A stretch of DNA of 62,000 nt, taken from contig CM075991.1 in the NCBI GenBank assembly GCA_038087875.1, positions 6,510,001 through 6,572,000 of the forward strand, given 5' to 3'. The notes beneath the pieces were generated by a model. It ran no database searches, was not told where the DNA came from, and worked only from the letters and a program-made list of their open reading frames with translations. The stretch comes from Malacoraja senta (Eukaryota). The position numbers and the translations under genes are program-made. Shown here one piece after another: positions 1-13,920 of this stretch. Position 1 is the stretch's first letter; every line of letters begins with the position of its first letter.

Positions 1-113
1 AATCGAAGGTAGACAAAAGTGCTGGAGAAACTCAGCGGGTGCAGCAGCATCTATGGAGCGAAGGAAATAGATGCTGCTGCACCTGCTGAGCTTCTCCAGC
101 ACTTTTGTCTACC
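1..113. mobile_element. Short fold-back PLE-end element, truncated by the window edge
   Basis: ggtagacaaaagtgctggagaaactcagc...gctgagcttctccagcacttttgtctacc hairpin. Confidence 0.8.
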
Positions 114-447
114 TACAATAATAAGGAGAGTATGTCAAGTGTAGGATTACCTTCTTTGCAACAGGAGATACTGAGAGAAGATTTAGTTGAGCTCTACCAG
201 ACATGGGATAGTTCTTTGATTCTAGTTCTCGTTCGATAAGTTCTATGTTTCTGTGGTATTTATGATATTAGGTTCTAAGCTGAGAGATATCACACCAGCT
301 GCAGGAGATTCAGAGCTGGCCATAAAGAGGCTTAGCAAACCATCCAGATGAATCACAGCCAGATCATGTCATACCGACTGAAGCCAAAGCATTTGATTAC
401 TAATCATCGTTGCTATTCTAATGATTATTTTTTTTTCTTACTCTTAG

Positions 448-546
448 AATCGTTTGAAGTTGTCGTGAGAGGGAATGGATTTTCCCATGCTCGTAGCGTG
501 GATAAAGTTCTCTGCAGCTTCAAAATTAATGAAACTATAACTCTCA
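448..546 (+). CDS. ANTXR1: ANTXR1 internal exon, 99 bp, phase 1-1, start of the Ig-like extracellular domain
   Basis: Acceptor ttttttcttactcttag, donor gtaagt. Encodes (E)[32 protein letters not shown], closely matching recalled human [33 protein letters not shown]. The N-glycosylation sequon is kept (NET). Confidence 0.95.
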
Positions 547-1742
547 GTAAGTGATACCTGAGATGCCGTGATATTTTCTTGACAAAGATGATTTGCAGGT
601 TTAACTGCAGAGAAGTACTTCATTCAGCTTTTTTGTTTAACGGTGAGGTAGGCAACAAAGAACAAACAAGAGACTTGGCAGTGGAATGGTAGGAAACTAG
701 TTACCTCTCAAGGCACCGTAAGATTGTTTATAACCATGCCAGTTTATAATCAGCTATCACAAAATCCTGATGGGGTTCGACAGGGTGGATACAGGGAGAA
801 TGTTTTAGTTGGCTGAGGAATCTAGAACCCAAGGTCACAGTCGCAGAATAAGAGGATGGTCATTTAGGGCTGAGATGGAGAGAGATTTCTTCATGGTGGC
901 GAATCTTTAGCATGTTCTACCCCCCGGGATTCCAGCTGCTGTGGAGTCTCATTCATTGATAGATTTCTGGATATCAGTTTAGTTTATTGTCACATGCACT
1001 GAAGTACAGTGAAAAGCTTTTGTTGCGTGCCAACCAGTCAGCAGAAAGACAAAAACATAATTACAACCTGGCTATTTGCAGTGTATAGATACATGATAAG
1101 GGAATCAAATGGGATAAGGGAATCTCCCCCTTTTTGGGGATGTAGAGGAAACCAGAGCACCCGGATGAAAACCAAGTGGTCACAGGGAGAACATGCAAAC
1201 TCTACACAGATAGCACGAGGTCAGGATTGAACTTGGGTCTCTCTGAGGCAGCGGAACTACACATTCTTCCACTGTGCTGCTCCATTAATAATGTCCATTA
1301 ATGAAGCAAATAGGCAGATATACTCCCAAATTGACATCTGCGTACATGTTTGTACAAAGTTGGTTACCTCAACTCCCTGAATGCATTTACTCTGGTTTGA
1401 AAGCACAAACATTTCTAGCGTTCAGGACCTTTGAGGTTTGAGGCCCCTGATGTTGCTTTTTTGTAATTATGGAAAAAGCTGATCAGCGCTGTAGAGAAAT
1501 ACAATGATTCAAACAAAACTAAAAACCTTGCCACTGGAGGCCCATCAAGAAATGTCCAGCAGGATCAAAACTGAACTCTCACTCTGTTTCCTGTGAAACA
1601 TGCCTCAAGTTTGTGCAAATGCTTCCCCCTGAACATGTTCCAGTGCTGAATTTGGTGAGTGAGATCTAAAAGTTGAAACGTGATTCGTGGCTGTCTCAGC
1701 CTGCATGTACATTGCTGATTCTGATCAGCAGATTATAATCAT

Positions 1743-1985
1743 TTAGTTCAGTTCAGTTCAGTTTACTTTACTGTCACGTGTACCGAGGTACAGTGAAAAG
1801 CTTTGATTGCGTGCTAACCAGTCAGCGGAAAGACAATACATGATTACAATCCAGCCATTGACAGTGTATAGATACATGATAAGGGAATAACGTTTAGTGC
1901 AAGATAAAGCCAGCAAAGGTCCGATCAAAAATAGTCCGAGGGTCACCAATGAGGTAGATAGTGGTTCAGGACTGCTCTCTAGTTG
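1743..1985 (-). mobile_element. LINE-tail-type repeat (gcttttcactgtacctcggtacacgtgac...(GAACT)n); relatives at 976-1110, 33055-33270 and 52790-52918
   Basis: Four recognisable copies in the window; the microsatellite tail suggests a non-LTR 3' end. Confidence 0.6.
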
Positions 1986-2372
1986 TAGAAACATAGAAAA
2001 TAGGTGCAGGAGGAGGCCATTCGGCCCTTCGAGCCAGCACCGCCATTCATTGTGATCATGGCTGATCGTCCCCAATCAATAACCCGTGCCTGCCATCTCC
2101 CCATATCCCTTGATTTCACTAGCCCCTAGAGCTCTATCTAACTCTCTTAAATCCATCCAGTGATTTGGCCTCCACTGCCCTCTGTGGCAGGGAATTCCAC
2201 AAATTCACAACTCTCTGGGTGAAAAGGTTTTTGCTCACCTCAGTCTTAAATGGCCTCCCCTTTATTCTAAGACTGTGGCCCCTGGTTCTGCACTTGCCCA
2301 ACATCGGGAACATTTTTCCTGCATCTAGCTTGTCCAGTCCTTTTATAATTTTATATGTTTCTACAAGATCCT
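1986..2372 (-). mobile_element. CR1 3' fragment nested in an older element
   Basis: DLVETYKIIKGLD...RVVNLWNSLPQ; catagaaa tail on the + strand. Confidence 0.88.
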
Positions 2373-2736
2373 GGTAGGATGGTTCTGTTGCCGGATAACG
2401 TAGGCCATTTAAAGACAAAACTGAAGATGGTATCTGTGTGAATCATTCGTCCTGATCACCTTCCTGATAAACCCCTCAAGGTGAGAGTTAGAAGCGAGGG
2501 ACCCATTTTGAAGCCAATCAACTGTAGATGGGGATGAAGCAAAATCTGTGTGCAGCTGAGGTCAGCTACCATAAAAGATGGAATACATGACCTGAGTATC
2601 TTTTCGGTTCTTTTGCCAAGTGTTGTAAGGTCATAGTGACAATGCATCTGAACTAGGAGCAGGACTAGATCGCTCAGCTCCTCAAACTTACTCTGATCTG
2701 GTTGTAACCTTAACTCCACATTCCTATCTTCAGACT

Positions 2737-2992
2737 TTAGACTTTAGAAATACAGCGCAGAAACAGGACTTTCAGCTGACTGAGTCCGCGTCGACCAGCA
2801 ATCACCTACCATCAGCACAATTAACCTCCAAACCCATCCGTCTTTGGAATGTGGGGGGGAAACCGGAGCATTCAGGGCAAACCCACGTGGTCACAGGGAG
2901 AACGTACAAACTGTGCACTGGCAACACCAGGAGTCAGGATTGAACCCGGGTCTGTGGCACTGTAAGGCAGCAACTCTACCACTGCGCCACTG
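2737..2992 (-). mobile_element. tRNA-derived SINE
   Basis: Reverse complement of the SINE consensus. Confidence 0.78.
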
Positions 2993-3819
2993 TCTATCTG
3001 CAATAACCTTTTACCCTATGCTTATCAACTAGACGCCAAACCCTGATTTAAAAATGTTCATAGACTGTACTTTCACTGCCATTTAATGGAAGAGAATATC
3101 AGTCCACTGAGAGAAAAAAAATCACATTGTCTCTGTTGTAAATGGGAGACCCCCTCAATTTAAAACAGTAAGAACAAATTCTAGATTCTCCTGCAAGGAA
3201 ACATCCTCTCTCTGTCCACAGTTAAGATATTTCAGGGCCTCATCAAGTACCATCTCATTCTTTTTAACCCAAGTGAATCCAACCTTTCCCTAAAGGACTA
3301 CTCATCCATTCTGGTCATTAGCCTAATAAACCTTCTCTGAACTGCTTCCAGTAACTTCCTTAAAAAAGTGGGGGGAAGGCAGGAACGAGGTACTGATTGG
3401 GGATGGTCAGCCATGATCACATTGAATGGCGATGCTGGCTCGAAGGGCTGAATGGCCTACTCCTGCACTTATTGTCTATTGTCTATTGTCTAAGTAATTT
3501 ACGTAAGTTTTAAGTTATATGAATCCCAACGCAAGTCCCTGTTGTTACATCTTGCCAATCAGGCAAATACACTCTCTTTTTCCGGTAAGACAGCCAATCA
3601 TCTATCCAATCCAATATATTATCACTTACACTGTGTGCTTTTATTTTCCACAATAATGGTTGAAGCAGCACTTTATCAAATGTCTTCTGGAAATATACAG
3701 TAAGACATTCTCCAGTCATTGCTGACTCTTACTTTGTAATCTAGATATTAATGTGTAAAGATTTACAAGCCTACTATAGCTGTATTTTATTCCCTGTTAT
3801 TCACAAAGTAAGGAATAAA

Positions 3820-4680
3820 TCAAGATTCAAGATTCAAGATATTTTATTAGTCATATTTACATACACCCGGGTGTAGTGAAGTGAAATGCTTTTTGCCATT
3901 ATCAGCACACAAAAAAGAGAAGAGAATACAGACACAACACCAAGAGAGTCTTAACACTAAACATCCCCCCACAATGGCTCCCACCATGAGGGAAGGCACA
4001 AAGTCCAGTCCCCAACCCCAGTTCACCCATAGTCGGGCCCATTGAGGCCTCCACAGTTGCCTCTACGGAGGCCCGATGTTCCAGGCCGTTCTCGCCAGGT
4101 GATGTTGTTCCGGCGTCGGGAGAGTCCTCCCAGCGGCCTGGGAACCCTGGAACGGCCGCTTCCGCACTGGGGGCCGCGGCTTCCGAAGCCAACAAGGCCG
4201 CGCCAGTTGGAGCTCCACAACTGGCGCTCTCATCTAGAGATCCCAGGCTCCCGGTGTAAAGTTCAGCGCCGCCGCCCGCAGCTGGTCGCTCCACAGTCCC
4301 GCAGCTCCGCGATGTTTTCCCCAGCGATCCTCAGCTCACCGGAGCTCCAGCGAGGCGACCCGGGCAAGGCATCGCCCGCTCCGCGATAGCGCTCCAGCGC
4401 TGTGCCGCCGCCGAAGCCGAGGTTCTGGGCGGTCCCCGACAGGAAACGCCGCTCCAGGCCCTGCTGGTAGGCCGCGAGGACGGGTCGAAGCTGCAGCCCG
4501 GAGAAAAGCTGCCTCTCCGGCCAGGTAGGGACCCTGAAAGGTAGTTTCCTCCTTCCCCCCCCACACAAAAAAGTCTAGACCTCCTAAACAAAACACTTTA
4601 CTGACTAAAATAAAAAATAAAGGTGAAAGGACAGACAGCTGTTGGCTGGGCAGCCGCACACAGGTCAGCGCCCCCTGTAG
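3820..4680 (-). mobile_element. GC/CpG-rich non-autonomous retroposon-like element
   Basis: Body homologous to 33400-33990; minus-strand end AATAAA plus (TCTTGAA)n; no recognisable protein. Confidence 0.65.
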
Positions 4681-5187
4681 CTTATACAGCAAAGGAACAG
4701 GCCTTTCAGCCCCACTTGCCCATACTGACCATGATGCCCCATCTGCACTAGTCCCACCTGCCTGCGTTTGGCCCTTACCCACTAAACCTTTCCTTATCCA
4801 TGTACATATCTGTCGAAATGTTGCGCTGGTCAGTGTGGACCCGATAGGCCAAAGGGCCTGTTTCCATGCTGCATCTCTAAATTAAACTAAACGATAGTAC
4901 CTGCCTCAACTACCACATCTGGTAGCTCTTTCCATGTACCCGCCCAATGGAAAACAAATATTGTTTGTGGTATTTGAGGCAAGCTACGCAAAAGGATATT
5001 TTTGCAAAGGAGATACGATACAATAAACTTTATTCATCTCCGGAGGGAAATTGTTCTGCTTTGCTGGCTAGTTTGCTCGCCAGTTTACAACACAGATAGT
5101 TTACTGGCTGCTTTGAGAGCCATTACATGCTTGTGATTTACTGAAATGGTTCTGCCACCCTCACCAGAGTCTTTCTATCTCTTCCAG

Positions 5188-5257
5188 CTCAGAAGCCCCT
5201 GGTGGTAAAGGACACCTATTTGCTTTGTCCTGCTCCAGTGTTGCAAGAAGTTAACAG
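5188..5257 (+). CDS. ANTXR1: ANTXR1 internal exon, 70 bp, phase 1-2
   Basis: Acceptor ctttctatctcttccag, donor gtatgt. Encodes (T)[22 protein letters not shown](R); human [22 protein letters not shown]. Confidence 0.95.
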
Positions 5258-5506
5258 GTATGTTGGGATCTGGTTTTACTCTCTGCCTCCAACCAATTCA
5301 AATGATTTACGGTTACGGCACCAGTCTGAAGAGGTGGTCCGACCCAAAACGTCACCCATCCTTGTTCTCCAGAGATGCTGCCTGACCCGTTGAGTTACTC
5401 CAGCACTTTGTGTCTATCTATGGTTATGACACCATGGGCAATGTTAACAAGCAGGTAGATATTTTAAAAAAGTAAGCTTGTCTGAGTGATCCATTGGGGA
5501 TCGTAT

Positions 5507-5842
5507 ACATAGAAACATAGAAAATAGGTGCAGGAGGAGGCCATTCGGCCCTTCGAGCCAGCACCGCCATTCATTGTGATCATGGCTGATCGTCCCAAAT
5601 CAATAACCTGTCCCGAATTAATAAGCCTGCCTTCTCCCCATATCCCTTGATTCCACTAGCCCCGAGAGCTCTATCTAACTCTCTCTTAAATCCACCCAGT
5701 GACTTGGCCTCCACTGCCCTCTGTGGCAGGGAATTCCACAAATTCAGAACTCGCTGGGTTAAAAAAGTTTTTTCTCACCTCAGTCTTAAATGGCTTCCCC
5801 TTTATTCTAAGACTGTGGCCCCTGGTTCTGGGCTCACCCAAC
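5507..5842 (-). mobile_element. CR1 3' fragment
   Basis: Near-identical to 1986-2300. Confidence 0.88.
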
Positions 5843-6287
5843 ATACCTTGGGGAGATCTATTTATTGTAGACTATGAGGTCCACAGCATGCCAACCACCC
5901 CTCTCACCCAGTAGACTAAGCTGTCAACATCCCCAGTGCAATACATCCCCAGCAGACCATCCGTGCCAACGCATCAAATTCCTTGTCCATCAGCAACATC
6001 CTAAGCACAAGATCCATTAGCAGATTGCATCTCCCCCTGTCATCACATCTACCAGCACTATCCTTCTAAGGCAGTGCAATAGAGTGATGAGACAAGGAAC
6101 TGCAGATGCTGAAGAAGAGTCCCAACCCAAAATGTCACCTATCAATGTTCCCCTGAGATGCCGCTGGCTCGCTGAGTTACTCCAGCACCCCGTGTCATTG
6201 TTTTCTAATGCGATAGAAATTTGCTTTAATGCAAAACTTATTTCCCCATCCCAACACTGAACCCATTCAAGGATAACATGACATTGA

Positions 6288-6590
6288 TTTAGCTTTAGTT
6301 TTGGTTTTAAAGATACAGCGTGGAAACAGGCCCTTTGGCCCTCCGAGTCCGTGCCTACCAGCAATCCCTGCACACTAACACTATCCTGCACACACTAGGG
6401 ACAATTTACAATTTAACCAAGCCAATTAACCTACAAACCTGTACATCTTTGGAGTGTGGGAGCGCCCGGAGAAAACCCACACAGTCACAGGGAGAAGGTA
6501 TAAACTCCATACAGACAGCGCCCGTGGTCAGGATCGAACTCGGGTCTCTAGCGCTGTAAGGCAGCAACTCTACCGCTGCACCACCATGCT
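6288..6590 (-). mobile_element. tRNA-derived SINE
   Basis: Reverse complement of the SINE consensus; flanked by acattga duplication. Confidence 0.82.
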
Positions 6591-7756
6591 TTACATTGAA
6601 TTGTTCCTGCAGTTTAGGCTACCATGCCCCTTTCTCTCAACCTGAGCACTGTTTATGTGTTATAATTTTGTTCATACACAACCAGCACCCTCTGACTGCC
6701 TATTGCTCCTCACTAACCACCAACAAAGAGTGAAAAAGAGACCATGGAATCCATTTGCTCTAAAATGGGGAAGGATAGACAATAACATTTTCTACAGTCG
6801 CCATCATCCTGAAGTTAGTGTACAGAGAGTTGGGCCTCTCTCTCGCTCTTTTCTAGGGTTTCTTTGAAAGAGAATAAGTACTTGTATACATCTAGGTTAT
6901 TGTTTGGCAAGAACTTAACTTCCCCATTTTTCTTACCATTCCCATTGAGCTGAAGCCCAAGTTGGACTTCAAAGCCAGGTGTCTTGGCTTGACTTGACGG
7001 AGTTACAATAACTAAAGTTCAAGCTGAATAAACGGTTTTCAAAGTCTGATTTAAACAATGTCCCTTCACTCAAATATTTAATAATTTGCGCAGCATGAAA
7101 CTGTTTTATATCTACCCAAACAAAGTGGATTGAATTAATGAAAGTGTGTACCTGAGAGACTAACTGGCTTGATGATGCATTGCCAGTATACTTTTCATTA
7201 ACCAAAATGGAACAGTTGGCAAGGTAAAAAGGAAAATTGGATAGTGGAAGTGAGTTGGTAGTAAAACTGAGAAACTAAGACAACAGCCTCTATGCTGGCT
7301 TAGTTCAAGTTATTTTTTCCCCAAATCATAGAGCTATATAGCACAAAAGAATTGATAGCATGGGAAGGGTGCAATTATATCTAATTATGTGATTGGATTG
7401 AAGAGGGTACAGAGTTACCAGGATAATGTAACATTTCATGTGGATAGACGGGATAGGCTGGAATTGTTTTCTTTAGGGTGCATGAGGAGAGACATTATAG
7501 ACCTATACAAAATAATGAGAAACATAGAGAGGGCAGATAGTAGGAAGCTTTTTCCGTAGCAGAGGTCACTAAGATTAGAGGGCATCAGTTTAGGGTGAGG
7601 GGCAAGATGTTCAAGGGGATCAGATGAAGAAGATTCTTGCCTTGAAGGGGGTTGGCAACTGGAATACACAAGCTGAATGGATGGTAGGGGCATTTACTCA
7701 CAGTATTTTAAGAAGTATCTGAGGAGCACTTAAGTTGCCGAAGCATGGTAGACTAA

Positions 7757-7957
7757 AGGGCCTGTCCCACTTGGGCGTCAGTTGCGCGTCACACAGATGC
7801 CGCGCGAAGACATCCCAAAATCCTGGGGCGCCACACGTGACCGCGCGTCACTGCCTACGTCACCATGAGCGCGTTACGACGCGCGCATCGTGTGTCGTGA
7901 CGCGTAAATGATGTCGCGTAAATGACACGCAAATGACGCCCAAGTGGGACAGGCCCT
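7757..7957. mobile_element. PIF/Harbinger-type MITE
   Basis: TIRs AGGGCCTGTCCCACTTGGGCGTCA / TGACGCCCAAGTGGGACAGGCCCT; 3-bp TSD TAA; CpG-rich interior. Confidence 0.85.
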
Positions 7958-8204
7958 TAAGTACTGGGAAATGGGACGATAGTCATCGTGGATATGGTAG
8001 GTCATACATGACTCGGCTGTCTGATGCTGTAATAGTGCGGAGACAGCTAAATGCCATGTATGTTGTATGACTATGATACATGGGCACTGCTACAGGCCAT
8101 TTAACACACAGCCATTCAGTCCATGTTGACTCTCAAAGTGCACCATTATGTTAATCCTGCACTAACCCTATTTTATCCACTTCCCCAAAATTGAGAAAAG
8201 GGAT

Positions 8205-8508
8205 TAGGTCTTTGGAAGAGACAGGATGAGAGGAAATATAGTCCAGATTATTGTGGGAGTTGGTAGATTTGTAGTAGTGGGATCACGTGGGAGGTGACGG
8301 AAATGTCGGAGGATGATGTGTTGGATACTGAGGCTGGTGAGGTGAAAGTTGAGGACCAGGGTAACTCTGTCCATGTTACATCGGGGGGGGGGGGGGGGAG
8401 TGAGAGCAAAACTTCAGGACACAGAGGAGACACGTGCAAGGGCCCCGTCTATGAGAGAAGGGGGGAACCCACGTTCCCTAAAGAATGAGTTCATCTCGGA
8501 TGTCCTGT
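8205..8508 (-). mobile_element. Decayed PLE ORF fragment interrupted by a CR1 insertion
   Basis: Similar to 31750-32105 (e.g. gtgaaagttgaggaccagggtaactctg, gggggaacccacgttccctaaagaatgag). Confidence 0.7.
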
Positions 8509-8925
8509 ATTTAGAAGATTGAGGGGGGATCTTATAGAAACTTACAAAATTCTTAAGGGGTTGGACAGGCTAGATGCAGGAAGATTGTTCCCGATGTTGG
8601 GGAAGTCCAGAACAAGGGGTCACAGTTTAAGGATAAGGCGGAAATATTTTAGGACCGAGATGAGAAAAACATTTTTCACACAGAGAGTGGTGAATCTCTG
8701 GAATTCTCTGCCACAGAAGGTAGTTGAGGCCAGTTCATTGGCTATATTTAAGAGTGAGTTAGATGTGGCCCTTGTGGCTAGAGGGATCAGGGGGTATGGA
8801 GAGAAGGCAGGTACAGGATAGTGAGTTGGATGATCAGCCATGATCATATTGAATGGCGGTGCAGGCTCGAAGGGCCGAATGGCCTACTCCTGCACCTATT
8901 TCCTATGTTTCTATGTTTCTATGTC
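8509..8925 (+). mobile_element. CR1 3' fragment
   Basis: RRLRGDLIETYKILKGLD...; (TTTCTATG)n tail. Confidence 0.9.
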
Positions 8926-10202
8926 TATGGAAAACTATATTTGGCTTCAAACCTATAGAGAAGGTGACCAGTGGAGATCGTTAAAAAATATGCGTATCAC
9001 GGTGGTATCACGGTGATAGAGGATAGATGGGACCAGCTAACACCAAGCAGTGGAAAGATTGTAGCAGAGGGAATGGGAAGAAAAAGATAATTTAGTGTAT
9101 GAGCAATCCAATGTGTTAATCCAGAATGTGAAAGTCAAAGCATCAAGGAGCATCAAAGCATCATCTGAAGAATGATGGTGTAACGCCCCGAAACGTCACC
9201 CATTCCTTCTCTCCGAGATGCTGACTGTCCCGCTGAGTCACACCAGCATTTTGTGTCTATCTTTGGTTTAAAGCAGCGTCTGCAGTTCCTTCATACACAA
9301 AACATCATGGTGGTCGGTAGTTGAACGATCCAATATCAATTGAATGGAACCCAGGTCAATCCTTGGAAATTCCTTCCCAAACAGTTTTGAATTAATATTT
9401 GGACCCTTTCCACAAAGTGATTATGCCTTTGTCATGCTACGAAATAAAATATTGGTTGTTCTTTTGGTTTAATGCCTCCCACTTGGAAAATAAAGCATTG
9501 TGGCTATTACACCTCCCCAAAATTCCTTCTCTCCTGTCACTTTGGCTCATGCTGGTTACACAATCCATTGCTGCCACATGTTCACGGCAATTATTCCCTC
9601 AGTTCCATGACAAGTTGGAAGACTCCTCGCTTCATTTGAATGCTCTTTGGCTGCACGGCCCAGCACGTTGATTGTTTGGCTTGACTGCTGCTCTGAATTG
9701 AAGGACATGTTGAGCATGAAATCCAGAGGGCTCCTAAATCACTTAGAGCATCGACTTCAATTATCCCTGAAGGATTACGGTTGCGTCCAAAATGAAATTT
9801 GATACACCCACCAGCGCTGTCATTTATCTTTCACCGTTGGACCTGAAAATCTGCAGACAGCTCGGCAATTATGCCTTGGATGGACATGCTGATGTCCTCC
9901 ATTGAAGGCCTCACCATAGTATTTGGGAGGAACACCAGAGACACTGATCACCACCTGGCAAAGGGTGCGGAAATGGGAGGGAGGAAAGAGAACTCCTGTG
10001 TTCCCCTGTTCCTCCTGGAGTATCCATTTACATTCACCCTTCACCAAGACCTGGTTCACTTCTCAGCAGCAGTAATGAACTTCTGTTCGAGTTACGGCAG
10101 GAATTCGTGACAGAGAAAACATGGCTAAGAATTGCAGATGCTGCTTTACACCAAAGATGGAGACAAAGTGCAGGAGTAACTCAGCGCATCAGGCAGCATT
10201 TT

Positions 10203-10512
10203 TCAGTTTTAGTTTTAGTTTCAGAGATACTGCACAGAAACAGGTCCTTCAGCCCACTGAGTCCGCGCCAACGAGCGATCCCCGCACACTTAACACTATA
10301 CCTTACACACGAGGGGACAATTTACTATTTTACCGGAGCAAATTTCACCTACAAACCCTGTGTGTATTTGGAGTGTGGGAGGAAACCGGGGCACCCGGAA
10401 GAAAACCCAACGCAGGTCACGGGGAGAACGTAAAACTCCGTACAGACAGCACTTGTAGTCAGGATCAAACCCGGGTAAGGCAGCAACTCTACCGCTGCGC
10501 CACCATGCCGCT
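10203..10512 (-). mobile_element. tRNA-derived SINE nested in a PLE-end element
   Basis: Consensus match; the host PLE end continues at 10513-10560. Confidence 0.8.
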
Positions 10513-10986
10513 CTGAAGAAAAATGATGGGTGACCTTTCGGGTCTGGACCCTTCTTCAGAGTGAAAACATGGCTCCAATATGTTTGGTTGGTTATGAGCT
10601 TGCTGCTAAGTTTCTGCTATCACCATTAATTTGGACTCATCTGTAAAGTTGACTACTTTGGATTGAGTTTCTGAATCTGCACCACTCATTTAACCAGACA
10701 TCTATTGTTCTGCACATAAGCTGCCCAACCCCCTTACTTGTCTAGGATTCTATGTATAAAGTATCTGAACCCCTTGATTGATAGAGAATCTGTTTTAATC
10801 ATGCACAGACATCTATTGTTCTATGTATGTATAAATCCGCTGATTACAAATCACTTTAGACTATAGTTCCCTCTGCAACTCACACCAGTGAATGTTGTTC
10901 CAAACAGAGCCCATGTTGAAGAAAGGGCAGAGATTCAAGCTGAGGATGTGAGTCAGGCTGTAGAAATGAAGAACTACAGATGCAGT

Positions 10987-11014
10987 CTGATGAAGGGTCT
11001 CGACCCGAAACGTT
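10987..11014 (+). ncRNA. Minimal hammerhead-like core in a short PLE-end element
   Basis: CUGAUGA-A-GGGU(CUCG)ACCC-GAAACGUU. Confidence 0.55.
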
Positions 11015-11679
11015 ACCTATCCATGTTCTCCAGAGATGCTGCCTGACCCGTGGAGATACTCCAGCACTTTGTGTCCTCATGTGAGACAGGCTGATTGAAA
11101 GCTGTCTCACACTTTCGACCTTAATCTCTGGCCTTTATTCCAACCACCGGCCACCAAAAACTCCCCTTGCCTGTGGCCATCTACTACCTGCCATGTTTTG
11201 TCCTGCCCTTCCAGCTTTCTTTCACCTCCCCCCACCTCCCTGCAGTCAGCCTGAAGAAGGGTCCCAACCCAAAACGTAACCTCCCCATGTTCTCCAGAGA
11301 TGCTGCCTGACCCGCTGAGTTACTCCAGCATCTTGTGCCCTTCCCACCCCGAATGTGCTGATTTGACTCTTGCCTAATGAGTCTCCTTATTTCTATATAA
11401 ACTCTCCTCATTAAAATCACATCTTTAACTAAACCACTAAGTCAGTGAGAAACATATCAAAAGTAAATAAGGAACTCGATGTCCGTGGTGGAAAGTGAGC
11501 GTGGGTTTTATGGGGTTGGAACAAATTGTCAGGGGTGGTGGTGGAGGGTAGTCAGTCGTGATTTGCATCTAACCGAACCTGATGCTCAATGGTATTAGTG
11601 GCACTGTGAGGCAGCAACACTACCAGCTGTGCCACTGTGCCACCCTTGCAAGCTGTGCTCGCTCTTTCACTCGAGATTA

Positions 11680-11970
11680 GGGTGGCACAGTGGCACAGCC
11701 ATCGAGCTGCTTCCTTATAGCGCCACAGATCCAGGTTCGATCCTGACTACGGGTACTGCCTGTACAGAGTTTGTACGTTCTCCCTGTGACCACGTGGGTT
11801 TTCTCCGGGTGCTCCGGTTTCCTCCCGCATCCCAATGACGTGCAGGTTTGTAGGTTAATCTGTAAATTGTCCCTGGTGTGCAGGATAGAACTAGTGTATG
11901 GGTGATCGTGGTCAGCGCGGACTCAGTGGGCCGAGCGGCCTGTTGCCACGCTGTATCCTTCAACTAAAAC
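11680..11970 (+). mobile_element. tRNA-derived SINE
   Basis: B box GGTTCGATCC and central V-like domain. Confidence 0.8.
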
Positions 11971-12124
11971 TCCCTACCCAATACTTTCAGCAGAAGGAAA
12001 TTCAAGTTAGTTTTGTCGGTACTGCGCACATCGTGCAAAAAATATATACTTGTGCTAAATAAATGTATGTTCACGTTTTCTCCTTGGATCTCATCGAGTG
12101 ATTGACGTAATTTTTTCCTTTCAG

Positions 12125-12203
12125 GAAGGTGTTCTTGCAGGTCAGCATGAATGATGGTCTTAGCTTCATTTCCAGTTTCGTCACCATCAAAACCGTCCAC
12201 TGT
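12125..12203 (+). CDS. ANTXR1: ANTXR1 internal exon, 79 bp, phase 2-0, end of the Ig-like domain
   Basis: Acceptor ttttttcctttcag, donor gtgagt. Encodes [26 protein letters not shown]; human [26 protein letters not shown]. Not in the ORF track. Confidence 0.95.
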
Positions 12204-13920
12204 GTGAGTAAATCGTTCACCTTACACTTGACTTAACCCATTACTAACTTTTCCATCTGCAGAATTTAAATGATAATATCTCCCTTTTCCCATTGACGCA
12301 ACAACAAGGTGAAGCTTCATCTTTTCTATTATCGGGGTGACATTTTTATTTGGAGCAAGTTGACAAATCTAACACTTTTTAATTAAACGACTTTGCCTGC
12401 TCCTTTTTGCATCATATATAATCCTTTGTCTCTGGAATAGCAGCTCATGCAGCCCTGAAACCTCTTCAATATTGAAGAATTTTTCCTGGATCGTGCATTG
12501 TGAATTTTTCTATGCTTTATTATGTATAATTCCTGCTTCAAGAGGAAAGAATCTGGTTTAATCTAGGGTGCCAAGTGAATTGGCTAGGATATTCTCCATT
12601 TCACTCCTCCCCACGTATTATCTGGACTTTATCCGTCTATCCTGAGACCGAGGGGAAGAAGGAATTAATCCCTTCGTACTTTTGGAATATTGTGTTGACA
12701 CTGAGCAGTTAGTTTTTGCTTTCTGTCGAGTCTGATTGACTGAGGCAGCCAATCCCTTGCTAAAAGACTCAAGCCACACCAAAGTATATTGTCAGATGTG
12801 CTTGCTTACTCAGTATTCAGCCTTGTGTCTGTGGAATCTCACAATAGAAATGCTGGTCATTATTAAATGCACACTAATCAGGGCAATCTAGTCGGGAAGA
12901 AGAAGAAAAAAAGGTTCTCATAACTGCACAGAGTCATAGAGAGTCATACAGCGAGTAAACAGACACCTCGGCCCAACCTGCCCATGTCGACCAACACGCC
13001 ACACTATACTAGTCCCACCTGCTTGCATTTTGGCCCATACCCCTCTAAACCTATTCTTATCCATGTACCTGTCTAAATGTTTCTTAAACGTTGTGATAGT
13101 ACATGCCTCATCGACCTCCTCCGGCTGCTCGTTCCGTACACCCACCACCTTTGTGGAAAAAAGGTTGCCTTTTAATGATAATGGGTATAATGTTTAATGT
13201 AAGGTTTAGAGGGATATAGCCGGATTGCGGACAAATAGGACTAGTTTAGATGGGGCATCTTGGTCAGCAAGGACGAGTTAGGCTGAACGGCCTGTATGAC
13301 TATATATGACCCTTGTATTGGGCTGTATAACTCTATGACTAGCATTCAAGAATGGTCTATGCTTGCCTTGGTTTCTCATGATCTGAAAAACCACAGCTAT
13401 TCTGAGCACAGGACCATCTTGCAAATAGCAAGAGTTGAATGACTTGGTATTATTGTCTGAAGGAAGAAGACTGGACATAATTCTGCAGGGACGGTTTGGG
13501 AAGCTTTGAGGTCTGTAATATCCGCTTGAACCACTGTAATCAGAGCATTGCCACTGAAGAACAAATACTTGACTGTATCCCATGACCTTTTGACTTTGTG
13601 ATGTGTTACCAAGCAACCATACAAATGCAATTGTATTACTTGCCTGATGTGAAGCAAACATTTCAGTCTATTTTGATCTGTTACATCCTGATTATCAACT
13701 ACACCTTCTTGCTCCCATAGCAGCTAATCAATCAGATCCATTTCAGTTGTTAGTCCTCCTTTGTGTTGCAATTTTCAATGTGCCTGTGTCCTTCTGAACC
13801 ACTGCCCTGAATTGGCCATCTCTATCCTGTTAACATTTCATGTCTCTAAAAGGTCAGACCTAATGCATTGAATCAGCCAATAGGCCCATAGAATAGCACA
13901 CAGAACTCATTTAGAAGTAC

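Noticed and set aside
3902..4782. Cluster of overlapping 65-148-aa ORFs on both strands (also 33327-33975)
   Set aside because: They arise from stop-poor GC-rich repeat sequence; frames are not conserved between the two homologous copies and no domain is recognisable.
10694..10822. 17-bp direct repeat cagacatctattgttct about 110 bp apart
   Set aside because: The enclosed sequence has no element hallmarks; probably a small local duplication.
13278..13661. 127-aa minus-strand ORF in non-repetitive DNA as a possible nested gene exon
   Set aside because: No recognisable homology, no convincing donor site and no partner exons.
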